The notes beneath the pieces are model-generated. The model saw only the letters and a list, made by a program, of their open reading frames with translations, made no database searches and was not told where the DNA came from. Below are positions 49,375-59,862 of a stretch of DNA of 64,000 nucleotides, piece after piece. The DNA comes from Opitutales bacterium (GTDB lineage: Bacteria; Verrucomicrobiota; Verrucomicrobiia; Opitutales; PNEW01). Location: positions 1,408,001-1,472,000 of the forward strand of contig CBDANS010000007.1 in assembly GCA_965197745.1 (NCBI GenBank). Direction: 5' to 3'. Both the position numbers and the translations under genes were made by a program. The first letter of the stretch is position 1. Each line of letters begins with the position of its first letter.

Positions 49375-50613
49375 CTAAATAAAATTCAACGGCTTATAAT
49401 ATTTACCGAGGATGTCACTCGATTGACAAGCGAACCACTTATTTAAAACGGTAGAATAGACCTGGCGGAAATCTACGCTGTGCGTGAGATCACTCTTCAT
49501 ATCAATGTTCAGAATGGGAGCGCGCCCCATGAGGGACTGTCTTAATGAACTGCCCATTATGAAGAGAGGAGCAGCGGTGCCATGATCAGTGCCGGCCCCA
49601 TTATTTTCAGCGGGGCGTCGGCCGAATTCTGAAAATGTCATGGTGAGAACCTGGTCCTCTAATGAATGAGCTTCCAGATCTTCCTGGAAAGCAGCCATAG
49701 CCTGGGATAATACCGTCAATAACTGAGCGTGGGTATTGAGTTGATTGGTGTGGGTGTCGAACCCTTGATGAGAGATAAAATAGACGCGTGTTTCCATTCC
49801 CGAAGCAATCATAGAGGCAACCTGTTGCAGTGATCTGGAGAGTGGTGATCGGGGGTATTCTACAGCCGGGCGATAGCGGGTGATAATTTTTCTGACTTGT
49901 TTTTCGGTGACCATGGCATCCATCATGGTGTGTTTCAGAAAACCCGCGTTCTCCTCAATGGGAGCATGGGCAATTAATGATTCCAGAAGATTCTGGTTAA
50001 CTGATTGACGACTTTGATTTCTTTGTAAACTCAATCCATATAAGTTGTGCGGCTTTCCGGAGATAAATGATTGGGGGAGTTGATTGCTTATATGAATACC
50101 TGCTGGTTCTTCTTTAGTCGGTATCTTGTTACATTTATTATCGAAGTAGCGGCCTAACCAACCCGTCGCGAGGTATTCATCGCTGTCACTGCCTGTCTCC
50201 CAAATTTCCATGGAGCGGAAGTGACTACGGTTAGGATTTGGGTAGCCGACATTCTGTACGATACAGAGTTTACCCTCGCGATGAAGCTCAGCCAAATCCT
50301 TGCAGGCATTATGAAAACCCAGGGTAGAGGTAATGGGGATTACGGCTCCTCTACGGAGACCGAGGCGGGGGCGCAGTCGGTAGTAATTGTCATCTTGAAA
50401 TGGAATGAGCGTGTTCAAGCCATCGTTACCGCCTGCCAACTGGATGAGCACTAAAATAGAGCGATCTTTTTCAGGGGCAGGCACTTTTGCCAGTGTCGTT
50501 TGTGTCAGGAAAGCGGGCGCGAAGGAACTGAAAGCAACGAGCCCTATGCCGCCCAGTCCCGATCTTAGAAATTCACGCCGCGTGGTCGGATTTTGAAATA
50601 TTTTATTTTTCAT
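49375..50613 (-). CDS. DUF1501 domain protein (Tat signal)
   Basis: TRREFL, L.GGNDGLNT, VGYPNPNRSHF, FDTH..Q, SEFGRR..EN...GTDHG, DFR.VY. Confidence 0.9.
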   Translation of the reverse strand: MKNKIFQNPTTRREFLRSGLGGIGLVAFSSFAPAFLTQTTLAKVPAPEKDRSILVLIQLAGGNDGLNTLIPFQDDNYYRLRPRLGLRRGAVIPITSTLGFHNACKDLAELHREGKLCIVQNVGYPNPNRSHFRSMEIWETGSDSDEYLATGWLGRYFDNKCNKIPTKEEPAGIHISNQLPQSFISGKPHNLYGLSLQRNQSRQSVNQNLLESLIAHAPIEENAGFLKHTMMDAMVTEKQVRKIITRYRPAVEYPRSPLSRSLQQVASMIASGMETRVYFISHQGFDTHTNQLNTHAQLLTVLSQAMAAFQEDLEAHSLEDQVLTMTFSEFGRRPAENNGAGTDHGTAAPLFIMGSSLRQSLMGRAPILNIDMKSDLTHSVDFRQVYSTVLNKWFACQSSDILGKYYKPLNFI

Positions 50614-50614
50614 A

Positions 50615-52105
50615 TTAGCATAATTGGTACTGGGGTGATTGGAGGAGAACAGTCACCATGGTTCTGATTTTATCGGTTCTATTGGCTGAATTTTGCTTTA
50701 AGTATTGTATCAGTGTTTTTCGAAAATGATCGCTATCAAAGTCAGGGAAAAAATAATTTATAAAATGATCAGCCATTGCTTCATCCTGCATTCCCGCTAT
50801 TCCATTTATCATCCCGTCAGTAACCGTAATCTCGCCTCGATTTTCCAGACGCGCTGCCATCAGCTCTGCATAATCGTCGGCATTGAGTCGGTCCTCATCC
50901 ATGGGCGAAAACAGTGATTCGATTAACTGGGAGCGCGCGGCCAGGGTAGAGGCGTTGATCCAGTTTTTTCCACCTACCCAGCCGCGAACATTAGGTGGTG
51001 CGTAAAAAGGTTGTCCCATACTGCGAAGAGGCTGAAGAGTGTGTGATTGGAAGGGAGCGACGTCGAGATTGAGATCCTGAAGCAAGCCAAGATAAAAGTG
51101 AATGGGGCTCTTTATTAAATTACCACGAAACTGGGGGTGATAAAAAAGCCGGCTCTTAAAGACGATTTCAATTAGGGAACCAATTTTGAAATTGTGGCGT
51201 CGCCAGATATTACCGAGGGATCTGAGATAGGGGGTCTCTAAGCTGACATCGGTAGAGAGATAAAAGTGAAGAAATTCTTTTGGCAGGAATGTCCTCGCGG
51301 CGGATTGTTCCAGAGCGAGATCAATAACATTGTCACCGTTCCAATGCCCTTTCCGGTTGAATACAACTTTGCTTCCCTCATCATGCTGCCTCGGGTTGAA
51401 AAAAAACTGGTTGTCACGGATTTTATATCCGGTGAACGCACGCGCTGCTTCTTTAATGTCTTTTTCCGAATAATTTCCTTCCCCTAAAATAAAGAGTTCG
51501 AATAATTCACGGGCGAAATTTTCGTTCGGATACCCCTTGCGGTTCTGCTGTAAATCAAGGTAATGAATCATCGCCGGGGATCGGCTCACCGCTTTACATA
51601 GCGTTTCGAAATTGCTCTTTAAGTGCTCACGCAATAGTGACTGGTGAAGGAATAACCAGTAGGGATTACGTGTCTTGGGCAAACCAACGACAAACACATC
51701 CTGTAGAAACATCACCATCTTCTCATAGGGGGCATTATAATCTTCGCGCGCGAAGATTATCCATTTAAGGCCGTAATCACGGTACGCTTCATTGAATTTC
51801 CGGAACATTTCCCGCCTGGCTTTTTTCTGTTCTGCCGGACTGGCCAATCGCATCCTTTGAAGCATATCGAATGCTTCCGTGCCTGTTTCTTTAATCTTTG
51901 ATGGCGTCGGCATGTGACGTGGCTCGCCAAAATAATGCCTGATCGTTTTTGAGAGACCGCGTTCAACGGTCTCCTTTGTTTTATCCGGAGTCGCGGAAAA
52001 ACCGATGCGTCGCAAAAGGTGAGCTGCTGTTTCCGCGTTCCACAATGAATGCGGCAATGGATTCCATGCCTCGTAGGGACTCAGTTCTTTGTATTCTTTA
52101 CGCAT
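50615..52105 (-). CDS. DUF1800 domain protein
   Basis: HLLRR.GF, PAM..YLD, PNENFAREL.ELF.LG, P.VRGW, SP.YQL; paired with DUF1501. Confidence 0.9.
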   Translation of the reverse strand: MRKEYKELSPYEAWNPLPHSLWNAETAAHLLRRIGFSATPDKTKETVERGLSKTIRHYFGEPRHMPTPSKIKETGTEAFDMLQRMRLASPAEQKKARREMFRKFNEAYRDYGLKWIIFAREDYNAPYEKMVMFLQDVFVVGLPKTRNPYWLFLHQSLLREHLKSNFETLCKAVSRSPAMIHYLDLQQNRKGYPNENFARELFELFILGEGNYSEKDIKEAARAFTGYKIRDNQFFFNPRQHDEGSKVVFNRKGHWNGDNVIDLALEQSAARTFLPKEFLHFYLSTDVSLETPYLRSLGNIWRRHNFKIGSLIEIVFKSRLFYHPQFRGNLIKSPIHFYLGLLQDLNLDVAPFQSHTLQPLRSMGQPFYAPPNVRGWVGGKNWINASTLAARSQLIESLFSPMDEDRLNADDYAELMAARLENRGEITVTDGMINGIAGMQDEAMADHFINYFFPDFDSDHFRKTLIQYLKQNSANRTDKIRTMVTVLLQSPQYQLC

Positions 52106-52330
52106 TAGAGGTGTCCCTTCTTAAACAGCAGGCACCCAGCAAAGTTTCAATACTGGTAAAATTCATTCTCAATATATCGAATATTCTAAATATTTAAATC
52201 ATCACTTACAGGGACTGACCTGAATCATCTTTAAACGTGGGAGAATTTCAAAATTGATCAGGAAAACAACAATCAACTAACAATTGTAAATCATTAATTC
52301 ATTATTTTTATATTTAATGCTCCAATCCAA

Positions 52331-52497
52331 GGTGGAACGGGCTGTCTCAGCACGTTTGATTATGGGATATGATTTTAAGTCCCATGGGTTTATTTCATAT
52401 TCAGGGGCATGCTCCGTAGCACCTGTTTTAATATGAGAATAATTTATTTATCTTATATTATATGTTGGTTACGGACGCAACGGAGTGCGTCCCTCCA
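52331..52497. repeat. REP elements upstream of tRNA-Ser
   Basis: Class C at 52331-52357; class A at 52472-52497, with 33 bp (52472-52504) identical to 26258-26290. Confidence 0.8.
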
Positions 52498-52568
52498 ACC
52501 TTCGGCCCCTTGAATTATTTTCCTGTTGACCGTTGGCTGATGCCATTATTCTACTCTATTCATTAAAA

Positions 52569-52658
<90 letters not shown>

Positions 52659-52903
52659 TTTTGTAAGCTATTGTTTACCTGTATCTTATGGATTATAAGG
52701 TTCAGGATATAGTCAAAGTTACAATAGATTCGCCGATATCCAAGGATAACGCTGACTGAAATTAATTACTTTACCCCTGATAATTTAGGGGGGCGGGGGG
52801 AAGTAAAAATACATCTCCCTCTTCAATCGATAATCCATTAACCCATATACAGCGGAGGTGAAAAAAGTGAACTATAAGGGGTGGAGCGTTATGCTGCAGT
52901 TTA

Positions 52904-53107
52904 TTATTTCAGTGATCTCAATAATTCTACTTTACTATCGTTAAACGGAACAAGCCCACAATTTCCCAAAGCCGTCCAACCGTTATTATTTTTAATAGTG
53001 TGATCGACACCACAATTCAACAACAGCTCAACTACACCTTCTTCTTTCGGAGAGGCTAAGATATGGGGCATGCCTTTTTCAATTTCTTCATGTATCATAT
53101 GTTTCAT
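52904..53107 (-). pseudogene. short remnant with an ankyrin-like fragment
   Basis: VELLL..G.D...K...G.TAL half-ankyrin in a 67-aa ORF. Confidence 0.4.
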
Positions 53108-53116
53108 CGTAAAGTC

Positions 53117-54202
53117 CTACTTTTCTAAATCATCGATTGCGATTTCCACCCGCCGCTTCTCCGCCGCCGATTGAAAACAGGTATCGAGTATTGCCATCGT
53201 TTTCAAGTTGTCGCGACCACTGTTAGGTGACGGAACTCCGGTTTCAATAGCATCCAGGAGCAGCGCCATATTTTTCCCATAAGAGGCGATGAAATCGCGT
53301 TTTAATGACCATTTATCTTCCCCCTCGCTGCTGCGATAAATAACATCCGTGTAGTTCGGATGAATCAGACTCCCTCCTGTGCCGTCAAACTGCCGAAATT
53401 TAAATGCCCCACGCCCATGCGAAGTCGAAGACTGGATGAGGTTCGCAATCGTCCCTTTGCGAAATTCAATGAGGGCTGAACTTTCACACCGGCCGTTCTC
53501 GTTCTTAGTAGTAAAAGGTTCTGTCTTCAAAACACAGCTCGCCGCTATCGGTTCGTCAGATAATAGCCAACGTAAAAGATCCATATAGTGAACACCCATT
53601 TCAGCCAAAGCATAATAACGGGTATCCGTTTCCATTTCAACGACGTGATCGCGCCATTCGCAATCATTGATAATGACAAATGTAGGTCTTCCTATCCGCC
53701 CTTCTTTAATTAATTGTCGCGAATGCGACATTTGTTCTTTCCAACGATAGTTCTGACCCACAGCGATCTGCAGGTTTAATTTTTCTGCCAATTCGACAAT
53801 CGTTCGCGCTTCAGACAGCGTTGGGGCGAGTGGTTTTTCAATCATCAGATGTTTTCCCGCTTCAAGCAGAGGAATTATTACTTCGTTGCGGACCGATGCC
53901 TGTGTCATTACCACCACCACATTTACATCATCACAGGCAGCGAAATCGGAGAGATCATTAAAGCGCAGCGGAATCTTGTAGTCTTTTTGGTACTTGTCGC
54001 AAAAATGGTTGAGTCTTTGTTCATTATTGTCACAAGCAGCCACCACGCGGGCGCGATCCGTCAGTCCGGCAAAATCATTTTTGCGATCAAGGGCAGTGCC
54101 GTCGGAATGTAAAGGCTCAATGCCAGTAAAAGCGCTGATATGGATATTCGCAATACTGCCACATCCCAACAAACCTATTCCATATAAATTATCTTTTCCC
54201 AT
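53117..54202 (-). CDS. Gfo/Idh/MocA family oxidoreductase
   Basis: GLLGCGSIA, AGKHLMIEKP, G.NYR, E.GVHY.D. Confidence 0.92.
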   Translation of the reverse strand: MGKDNLYGIGLLGCGSIANIHISAFTGIEPLHSDGTALDRKNDFAGLTDRARVVAACDNNEQRLNHFCDKYQKDYKIPLRFNDLSDFAACDDVNVVVVMTQASVRNEVIIPLLEAGKHLMIEKPLAPTLSEARTIVELAEKLNLQIAVGQNYRWKEQMSHSRQLIKEGRIGRPTFVIINDCEWRDHVVEMETDTRYYALAEMGVHYMDLLRWLLSDEPIAASCVLKTEPFTTKNENGRCESSALIEFRKGTIANLIQSSTSHGRGAFKFRQFDGTGGSLIHPNYTDVIYRSSEGEDKWSLKRDFIASYGKNMALLLDAIETGVPSPNSGRDNLKTMAILDTCFQSAAEKRRVEIAIDDLEK

Positions 54203-54888
54203 GGGTGAAAAATTTATCTTCTTTAGTCGTTAAGTTCAGCATGAACAGACAAAAAGCCATGACCACAAATAAAATAATCTCAAGAGGATGGAATGCGGCC
54301 AAAAAAATTGGAAAAGAGAAATAATAAATGGATAATTCAGTGAATTCCAAGTTGCTGTTCTCAAATAAATTTATTGCTCAAGTTCATTTCAAAACTTGAA
54401 ATCCGCCCTTTAAGTTTATCTCACCCATGATCAATACCCCTATAGTTATGCATAGAAACAAATGACTATCACATCTGCAAACATTTCCGTTCCAACTCAC
54501 GTTTTCTTATTTATCCATTACCTTGTATACGGCGGAGGTGTTTAATGAGAGGGTTTTGATGGGCTGGGGTATATCTAGAATCACCTTCTAATCAAAACGA
54601 TTTCTAGAGGCAATTAAGCTTCAATATGCGAGCGCCTCCACTCATCTTGTTAGATAAGATGAATTTAAGATATTGACCATCTAGTTATGATATTAGCAAT
54701 CTTCAGGGCACTATTTTTCACTTTATTTCTCCTTCCAGTTAGCGTTCTAGCTAACGAAATTAGCCTATACAATTCAAAGGGTGCAGCTGTCGCATACATT
54801 GATACTGAAGATGAATTGAATATTTACTTGTGGGCTGGGTAACTCTCTCACTTAATAATTGGTACGAAAAACGGGGTCCGATCATATA

Positions 54889-55842
54889 ATGAAAGCGCTT
54901 ATCACCAGACTCACTGCAGACAACCAAAGAGAGGGAGTATTAGTAACGGATTGGCCGGATCCGGGAAAGCCGGTCGGTAACCAGATAAGAACAAAGACCG
55001 TTTACTCCGGCGTCACTAATGGTACTGAACGCAATTTCCTCGTGCGGGGAAACTATGCGCCCAAGGACACATCCCTTCCCTGCAGCATGGGTTATCAGAT
55101 GATCGCGCGCGTGATTGAGACGGGACCCGATGTTAAACAATGGAAAGTGGACCAGCTTTTATACATGGCAACCCCGCACGCGGAGTATACTGTTGTTCCG
55201 GAAGATGCCAAACTGATCGAGGTTCCACCCGAGATAGACCCGAAACACGCCGCTCTCTTCGGAATGGCCAGCGTGGCGATGAACACCTGTCGCACTATCG
55301 ATGTGCGAATGGGTGAGCGCGTGCTGATTGTTGGACTGGGGTGTATTGGACAGATCGCCTCGCAGATTGCAAACTCGATGGGAGCAAAGGTGACCACCTG
55401 CGATATCGATCAAAATCGAATAGATCTCGCCCGCAAGATCGGAGCTGCGGAAGAAGTTTACAACGTATCGGGAGAAAACTGGAGTAAGCATATCCTCGAT
55501 GATTCGTATGATGTGGTTATTGATGTTGCCGGTGTGCCGGATATGGAGGATAAGTTTATCCACGCGATCAGGATAAAGGGCCGGATAATTCTCATGGGCG
55601 GCCGCTTTAAAGTAAATTACACATTTGGCGAGGGGCAGAATAAAGAACTGACGATTAAGCAAACCGGCAGTTTCAGCGGAGATGATCTTGCCAACCTGTC
55701 ACGGATGGTCCAGCGAAGCGCAGTAAAGATTGGTCCATTGATCCGCGATGTCGTTACTCTCGACGACGCAGGTAGAATTTACGAAAAATTACGCGATAGA
55801 CCGCACGAACTTCTCGGGACCGTTTTCTCTTGGCAGGAGTAA
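54889..55842 (+). CDS. zinc-binding (MDR family) dehydrogenase
   Basis: S.GTE, MGY...RV.E.G, VLI.GLG.IG Rossmann motif, DVVID..G. Confidence 0.85.
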   Translation: MKALITRLTADNQREGVLVTDWPDPGKPVGNQIRTKTVYSGVTNGTERNFLVRGNYAPKDTSLPCSMGYQMIARVIETGPDVKQWKVDQLLYMATPHAEYTVVPEDAKLIEVPPEIDPKHAALFGMASVAMNTCRTIDVRMGERVLIVGLGCIGQIASQIANSMGAKVTTCDIDQNRIDLARKIGAAEEVYNVSGENWSKHILDDSYDVVIDVAGVPDMEDKFIHAIRIKGRIILMGGRFKVNYTFGEGQNKELTIKQTGSFSGDDLANLSRMVQRSAVKIGPLIRDVVTLDDAGRIYEKLRDRPHELLGTVFSWQE

Positions 55843-55892
55843 TTCCTTAGGGCTGGATTTTTTATTGCATACTATGAACAATGAAGCTGTAG

Positions 55893-56567
55893 ATGGCTAA
55901 CAAAAATCAGAAAGAGGAAAAAATTAAAACCGCCGTTGTTACGGGTGTGCATTCATTTGATGTTCCCACCTTTCACGCCGTCTTTCGCAGTATGCCCGAG
56001 GTGGATTTTTATCCTCAGGATTTAAACGACTTTGTCGCCAACCGCGAAAACGCATACGAACAGTACGACGTCGTGGTATTCTATATCTTCCACCAACCTA
56101 CCCCGGGCCATGAATACCGCTGGTATGAAAAGGGAAGAAAGGAAGCGTTGGAAAAACTGGGTGAAACCGAACAGGGCATTTTCGTGCTCCACCACGCTAT
56201 CCTCGCCTTTCCCGATTGGCTGTTCTGGTCTGAAATCTGCGGCATTGAGGATCGTCATATGATCAGTTCTACGGCGGGTGAAACGATGAACTTTGAAATT
56301 GCTAACTCAGATCACCCCATCACTCAGGGCCTCTCCAATTGGGAAATGGTGGAAGAACCTTATGAGATGAATGATGCGGGTGATGGTTCTGATATTCTTA
56401 TAACAGCAAATCATCCCAAGAGTATGAAAACGATTGCTTGGGCACGGAACTTTAAGAAGGCCCGGGTTTTCTGCTACCAGTCCGGCCATGATAACACCGC
56501 CTTTTCCCACCCTCAATTCCGCACCATTGTCTCTCGCGGTATCCAGTGGGTGGCGGGAAGGATTTGA
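55893..56567 (+). CDS. ThuA-like domain protein
   Basis: G.H.FD, YDVVVFY, LHHA, HPIT.GL..W....E.Y, RVF....GH. Confidence 0.85.
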   Translation: MANKNQKEEKIKTAVVTGVHSFDVPTFHAVFRSMPEVDFYPQDLNDFVANRENAYEQYDVVVFYIFHQPTPGHEYRWYEKGRKEALEKLGETEQGIFVLHHAILAFPDWLFWSEICGIEDRHMISSTAGETMNFEIANSDHPITQGLSNWEMVEEPYEMNDAGDGSDILITANHPKSMKTIAWARNFKKARVFCYQSGHDNTAFSHPQFRTIVSRGIQWVAGRI

Positions 56568-56700
56568 CCTCGTTGCGCATCATCTGATATTTCCTAGATT
56601 AATCCTTAATTAAAATGAGGTGTTCTCTACCGGTATTTATCCAATGCTGAGTGTCTGTAACTGTGTGAAATGTGTAAAACAGGGCTTAAAAAAAAATAGT

Positions 56701-56726
56701 GGGTTCGAATCCCTCCCTCTCCGCCA
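56701..56726 (+). repeat. tRNA-Ser 3' fragment (att site)
   Basis: GGGTTCGAATCCCTCCCTCTCCGCCA versus tRNA GGGTTCGAATCCCCCTCTCTCCGCCA (2 mismatches). Confidence 0.85.
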
Positions 56727-56730
56727 TTAT

Positions 56731-56771
56731 ATATTGACAATTTGTCAATATTTGCTAATTATAATTAGCAA
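56731..56771. promoter_or_regulatory. two abutting palindromes upstream of the integrase
   Basis: ATATTGACAA-T-TTGTCAATAT (56731-56751) and TTGCTAATTATAATTAGCAA (56752-56771); contain TTGACA and TATAAT. Confidence 0.5.
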
Positions 56772-56783
56772 TTTTTAATTTAG

Positions 56784-58013
56784 ATGGCAAAACAGAGATT
56801 TAAGATCACCAAGTTTATCAACCCGAGTGGCTCAGAAGCCTGGCGCTTATCCGGAACCCTGAATGGTAAGCAAATACGTAAGAATTTCAAGTCCCGCAAC
56901 GATGCCGTCGCCGAGCGTCAACAGTTATCAATCCGCTATTTAAACGAACAATCCGAAGGGCAGACCGTTTGGACAACCCTGACCCACGGGCAGAATAAAG
57001 AGTCCATTTCAGCTATTAATCTTCTCAACCAAGCCAAGTCCAATAAGTCTCTCACCTTCGCTGTTAACTATTTTTTAGGGCATTATAAAGAAGCTGCTGA
57101 GACAATGACCGTCGAAGAGGCCGTTCGGGAGTATTGCGATCATAAATCCAAGGAAATGGAGCGTGGGATCATCTCATTTTGCCAGGAGCAGGGCATAACT
57201 CGTGAGATGAAAAAATTAAAGGGTATTTTCGCGGGACGGATCGTTAACGAAATTCAACCTGCTGAGCTTAATACTTACCTCGACACACGACACCATCGCT
57301 CAAAAGAAGTGCTCTCCCTTAAAACCTGGAATAACCGCCGAGGATACCTAAGCACTTTCTTCAAATACTGCGTGTCAAAGAAATATGTGGGAGAAAACCC
57401 GATCCTGGAAGTTCCCCAGTATAAAATAAAGCAACGCAGGGGTAGCGCAGAGATTCTCTCTGCTAATGAAGCATCCGAATTGATGGAGTGGCTGGAAACT
57501 TATCGTGGAAAGCAGAACAAGGACGGATCCTGGTGGGGTGAATCCGGGTGCATGGTTCCCTATTTTGCATTAGCCCTGTTTGCAGGAATCAGGCCCGACT
57601 GGGAGCACGGTGAAATGGGCAAACTCAAATCCAAGCACATCCGTATGGATACCGGGGTTATCCTTATCGAACCGGAGGTCTCGAAAGTTAAGGAAAAGCG
57701 TGCCATTAAAATCCAACCCAACCTTAGTCTGTGGCTGCAGAAGTATCCTCTTTCTATATACCCAATCATCCCAGCAAGGAGATTCAGTGACATGTGGGCT
57801 CATGTCCGAAAAGAGCACAAACTTTATCAGAATGTCCTTCGTCATACCTATATATCGATGACGGTGGGGTCCTTCCGCTCGGTAGGAGACGCCGCCCTTC
57901 AGGCGGGTAACTCTGAATCCGTGATCCGCAAATACTATCTCGACCTGGTAACTAAAGAGGAAGCGGATCGCTTCTGGCAGATAGTCCCACTGAGCGATCA
58001 ATTAGTTCGGTAA
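56784..58013 (+). CDS. tyrosine recombinase / phage-type integrase
   Basis: L.LFAGIRP, SK...R, N.LRHT, GNS......Y; lies next to a tRNA att site. Confidence 0.9.
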   Translation: MAKQRFKITKFINPSGSEAWRLSGTLNGKQIRKNFKSRNDAVAERQQLSIRYLNEQSEGQTVWTTLTHGQNKESISAINLLNQAKSNKSLTFAVNYFLGHYKEAAETMTVEEAVREYCDHKSKEMERGIISFCQEQGITREMKKLKGIFAGRIVNEIQPAELNTYLDTRHHRSKEVLSLKTWNNRRGYLSTFFKYCVSKKYVGENPILEVPQYKIKQRRGSAEILSANEASELMEWLETYRGKQNKDGSWWGESGCMVPYFALALFAGIRPDWEHGEMGKLKSKHIRMDTGVILIEPEVSKVKEKRAIKIQPNLSLWLQKYPLSIYPIIPARRFSDMWAHVRKEHKLYQNVLRHTYISMTVGSFRSVGDAALQAGNSESVIRKYYLDLVTKEEADRFWQIVPLSDQLVR

Positions 58014-58032
58014 GCTTAATAAAATAGGGGGG

Positions 58033-59343
58033 TGATCGAGTTACGTAAACTGGTCCACCGAGAGAGTTAGTCTGGAGAGGTTAATGTTGAAGTTAAGTTG
58101 GTAGAGGAAGTCAAGGCTTGGGTGCAATGAGGGCGTAGCCCGAATGGAAGCCCGAGCCTTTGGTATTGATGTCTTCAGCAAAGCGCCGTGGGGTGACATT
58201 GCCGAGGCTGCGATGGGGGAGGACATGATTGTAAAGCCAGCGCCAATCTTCGATCACCACACGTGCTTCGGTTAAAGTCCATAACTGTACACGGTTTAAA
58301 CACTCCTCGCGAAAACGGGCATGGAAAGATTCGATGTATCCGTTCTGCCAAGGACTTCCTGGTTCGATATAGAGGGGTTTTATTTTCATCGCAGCTAGCT
58401 AAGCTCGCAATTCCCTTTCAATGAACTAGGAACCATTGTCGCTGCGAATATATTGTGGCGGTCCATGCCTCTCGATCAATTTTTGCATGATACCGCGAAC
58501 GGGTTCCGTGTTGATATGGCGATCGACATGGATCACCGGACATTTGCGGGTGTACTCGTCGAGGATGGTCAGCATTTTGAGACTCCCACCGCGGACAGTT
58601 TTATCGTGGATAAAGTCCCAAGTCCAAACATGGTCGGGATGTTCCGCTTTTGTCTGCAGGCCGGTGGAGACACCCCTGCGTCGGTGTCTTGGCTTGCGTT
58701 GGGGGATCGCCAAGCTCAGTTCACGTCGCAGACCTTGCACGAGACGTTTACCCACCTGCCAGCCTTCGTCTTTCAACAGCTTCGTGATCTTCGGATAGCC
58801 CCACCTCGCGTATTGCCGTGATAACCGCCTAACTGCCGCCTTCAGTTTCGTTAGCCAGGCATCCGGATACTTCGCCCGATACGCATAGGTGGAGCGGTGC
58901 AGGTGAAAGTATCGGCACGCTCCACGCATCGAACACTGGCCCCGGGCCACAAGTCTCTCTGTCACTTGCCGCTTGTGCCCAGGGCGTACTACCGAGCTTA
59001 AGCGACATCTACCATTTTTTTTCAAGCGTCTCCTGCAGCATCTCTATCCCCAGCAGCTTGTCCGCCAGCATCCGTTTTAACCGTGCGTTCTCTTTCAAAG
59101 AGCTCCTTCATCCGCTAAGCCTGGTTGACATCAATCATCCCAAACTCACGTTTCCAACGGTGGAAGGTCTGTTCGCTGAGGTTATTCCCCCGGCACACTT
59201 CCTGGATCGATTTACCCCTGTCTGCTTGCCGCAATATACGTATCTTCTCTTCGGTGGTGTATCTTTTGCCTTTCATTGTCTGAGTCCTTTCTAGGTGCCC
59301 CAGACTAACTTTTCAAGTGGACCAGTTTTCGTGGTCTCGACCA
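58033..59343 (-). mobile_element. IS3-family insertion sequence, inactivated
   Basis: TIRs TGGTCGAGACCACGAAAACTGGTCCAC / TGATCGAGTTACGTAAACTGGTCCAC; orfA from 59276 (MKGKRYTTE) with a TAG at 59115-59117 and a frameshift; A8 slippery site; orfB (W.WDF, SDNG, PGSPWQNG.IESF) with in-frame stops. Confidence 0.92.
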
Positions 59344-59350
59344 CGAGAAA

Positions 59351-59654
59351 ATGGAAAAAGTCAGTAATGCCGACCAATCGCTTATCAGTGAGTTTTGCGT
59401 TTTATATGTGAAATGGCGAAAGGCTGAGAAACAGATTAAAAAAAGAGGGTATGACTTTTACATTACCCAATGGTACTATAAAAGCTAACCCCGTATGCCG
59501 AGTTGCTGAAAACGCCCAAAAACAATTATTAACCGTGCAAAAATAACTGGGTCTGACACAAGCAGCACGCGAGCGGCAAAAAATAAAACCGTTAGACGGT
59601 ACATCGGGCGATTGGACGACAAATTTTCTCAATAGCAACCGCCGTCGTTTATAA
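59351..59654 (+). pseudogene. P27-family phage terminase small subunit remnant
   Basis: Removing one A from the A7 run (59438-59444) gives D..LI.EFC.LY..W.KA...I.KEG......G...NP...*LGLT.AAR; premature TAA at 59544-59546. Confidence 0.65.
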
Positions 59655-59862
59655 TATCGAAAAATAAATCTCAGGGGGATTATATTTTTCTCCCCGCAAT
59701 AACCAAGCCTTGCTAAAAGCCTGTTGGCTAATCTAATGTTAGGAAAAATAAATATTTTCTAACAAATCAATCCAGTGAACGCTAAAGCGCCACTGATTTC
59801 AATCGTTCGGAAAGAAGAGTCGTATGTGTCCACCTAAACGGCAAAGCTCACAGGACACAGCC

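Larger units (their letters stand above)
52659..56726. mobile_element. integrase-less genomic island between tRNA-Ser and a displaced tRNA 3' fragment
   Basis: Bounded by the tRNA 3' end and a near-identical 26-bp fragment; carries catabolic cargo and gene debris. Confidence 0.55.

Noticed and set aside
56690..56726. Second complete tRNA gene
   Set aside because: Only the T-loop region and acceptor 3' strand are present; upstream is an A-run
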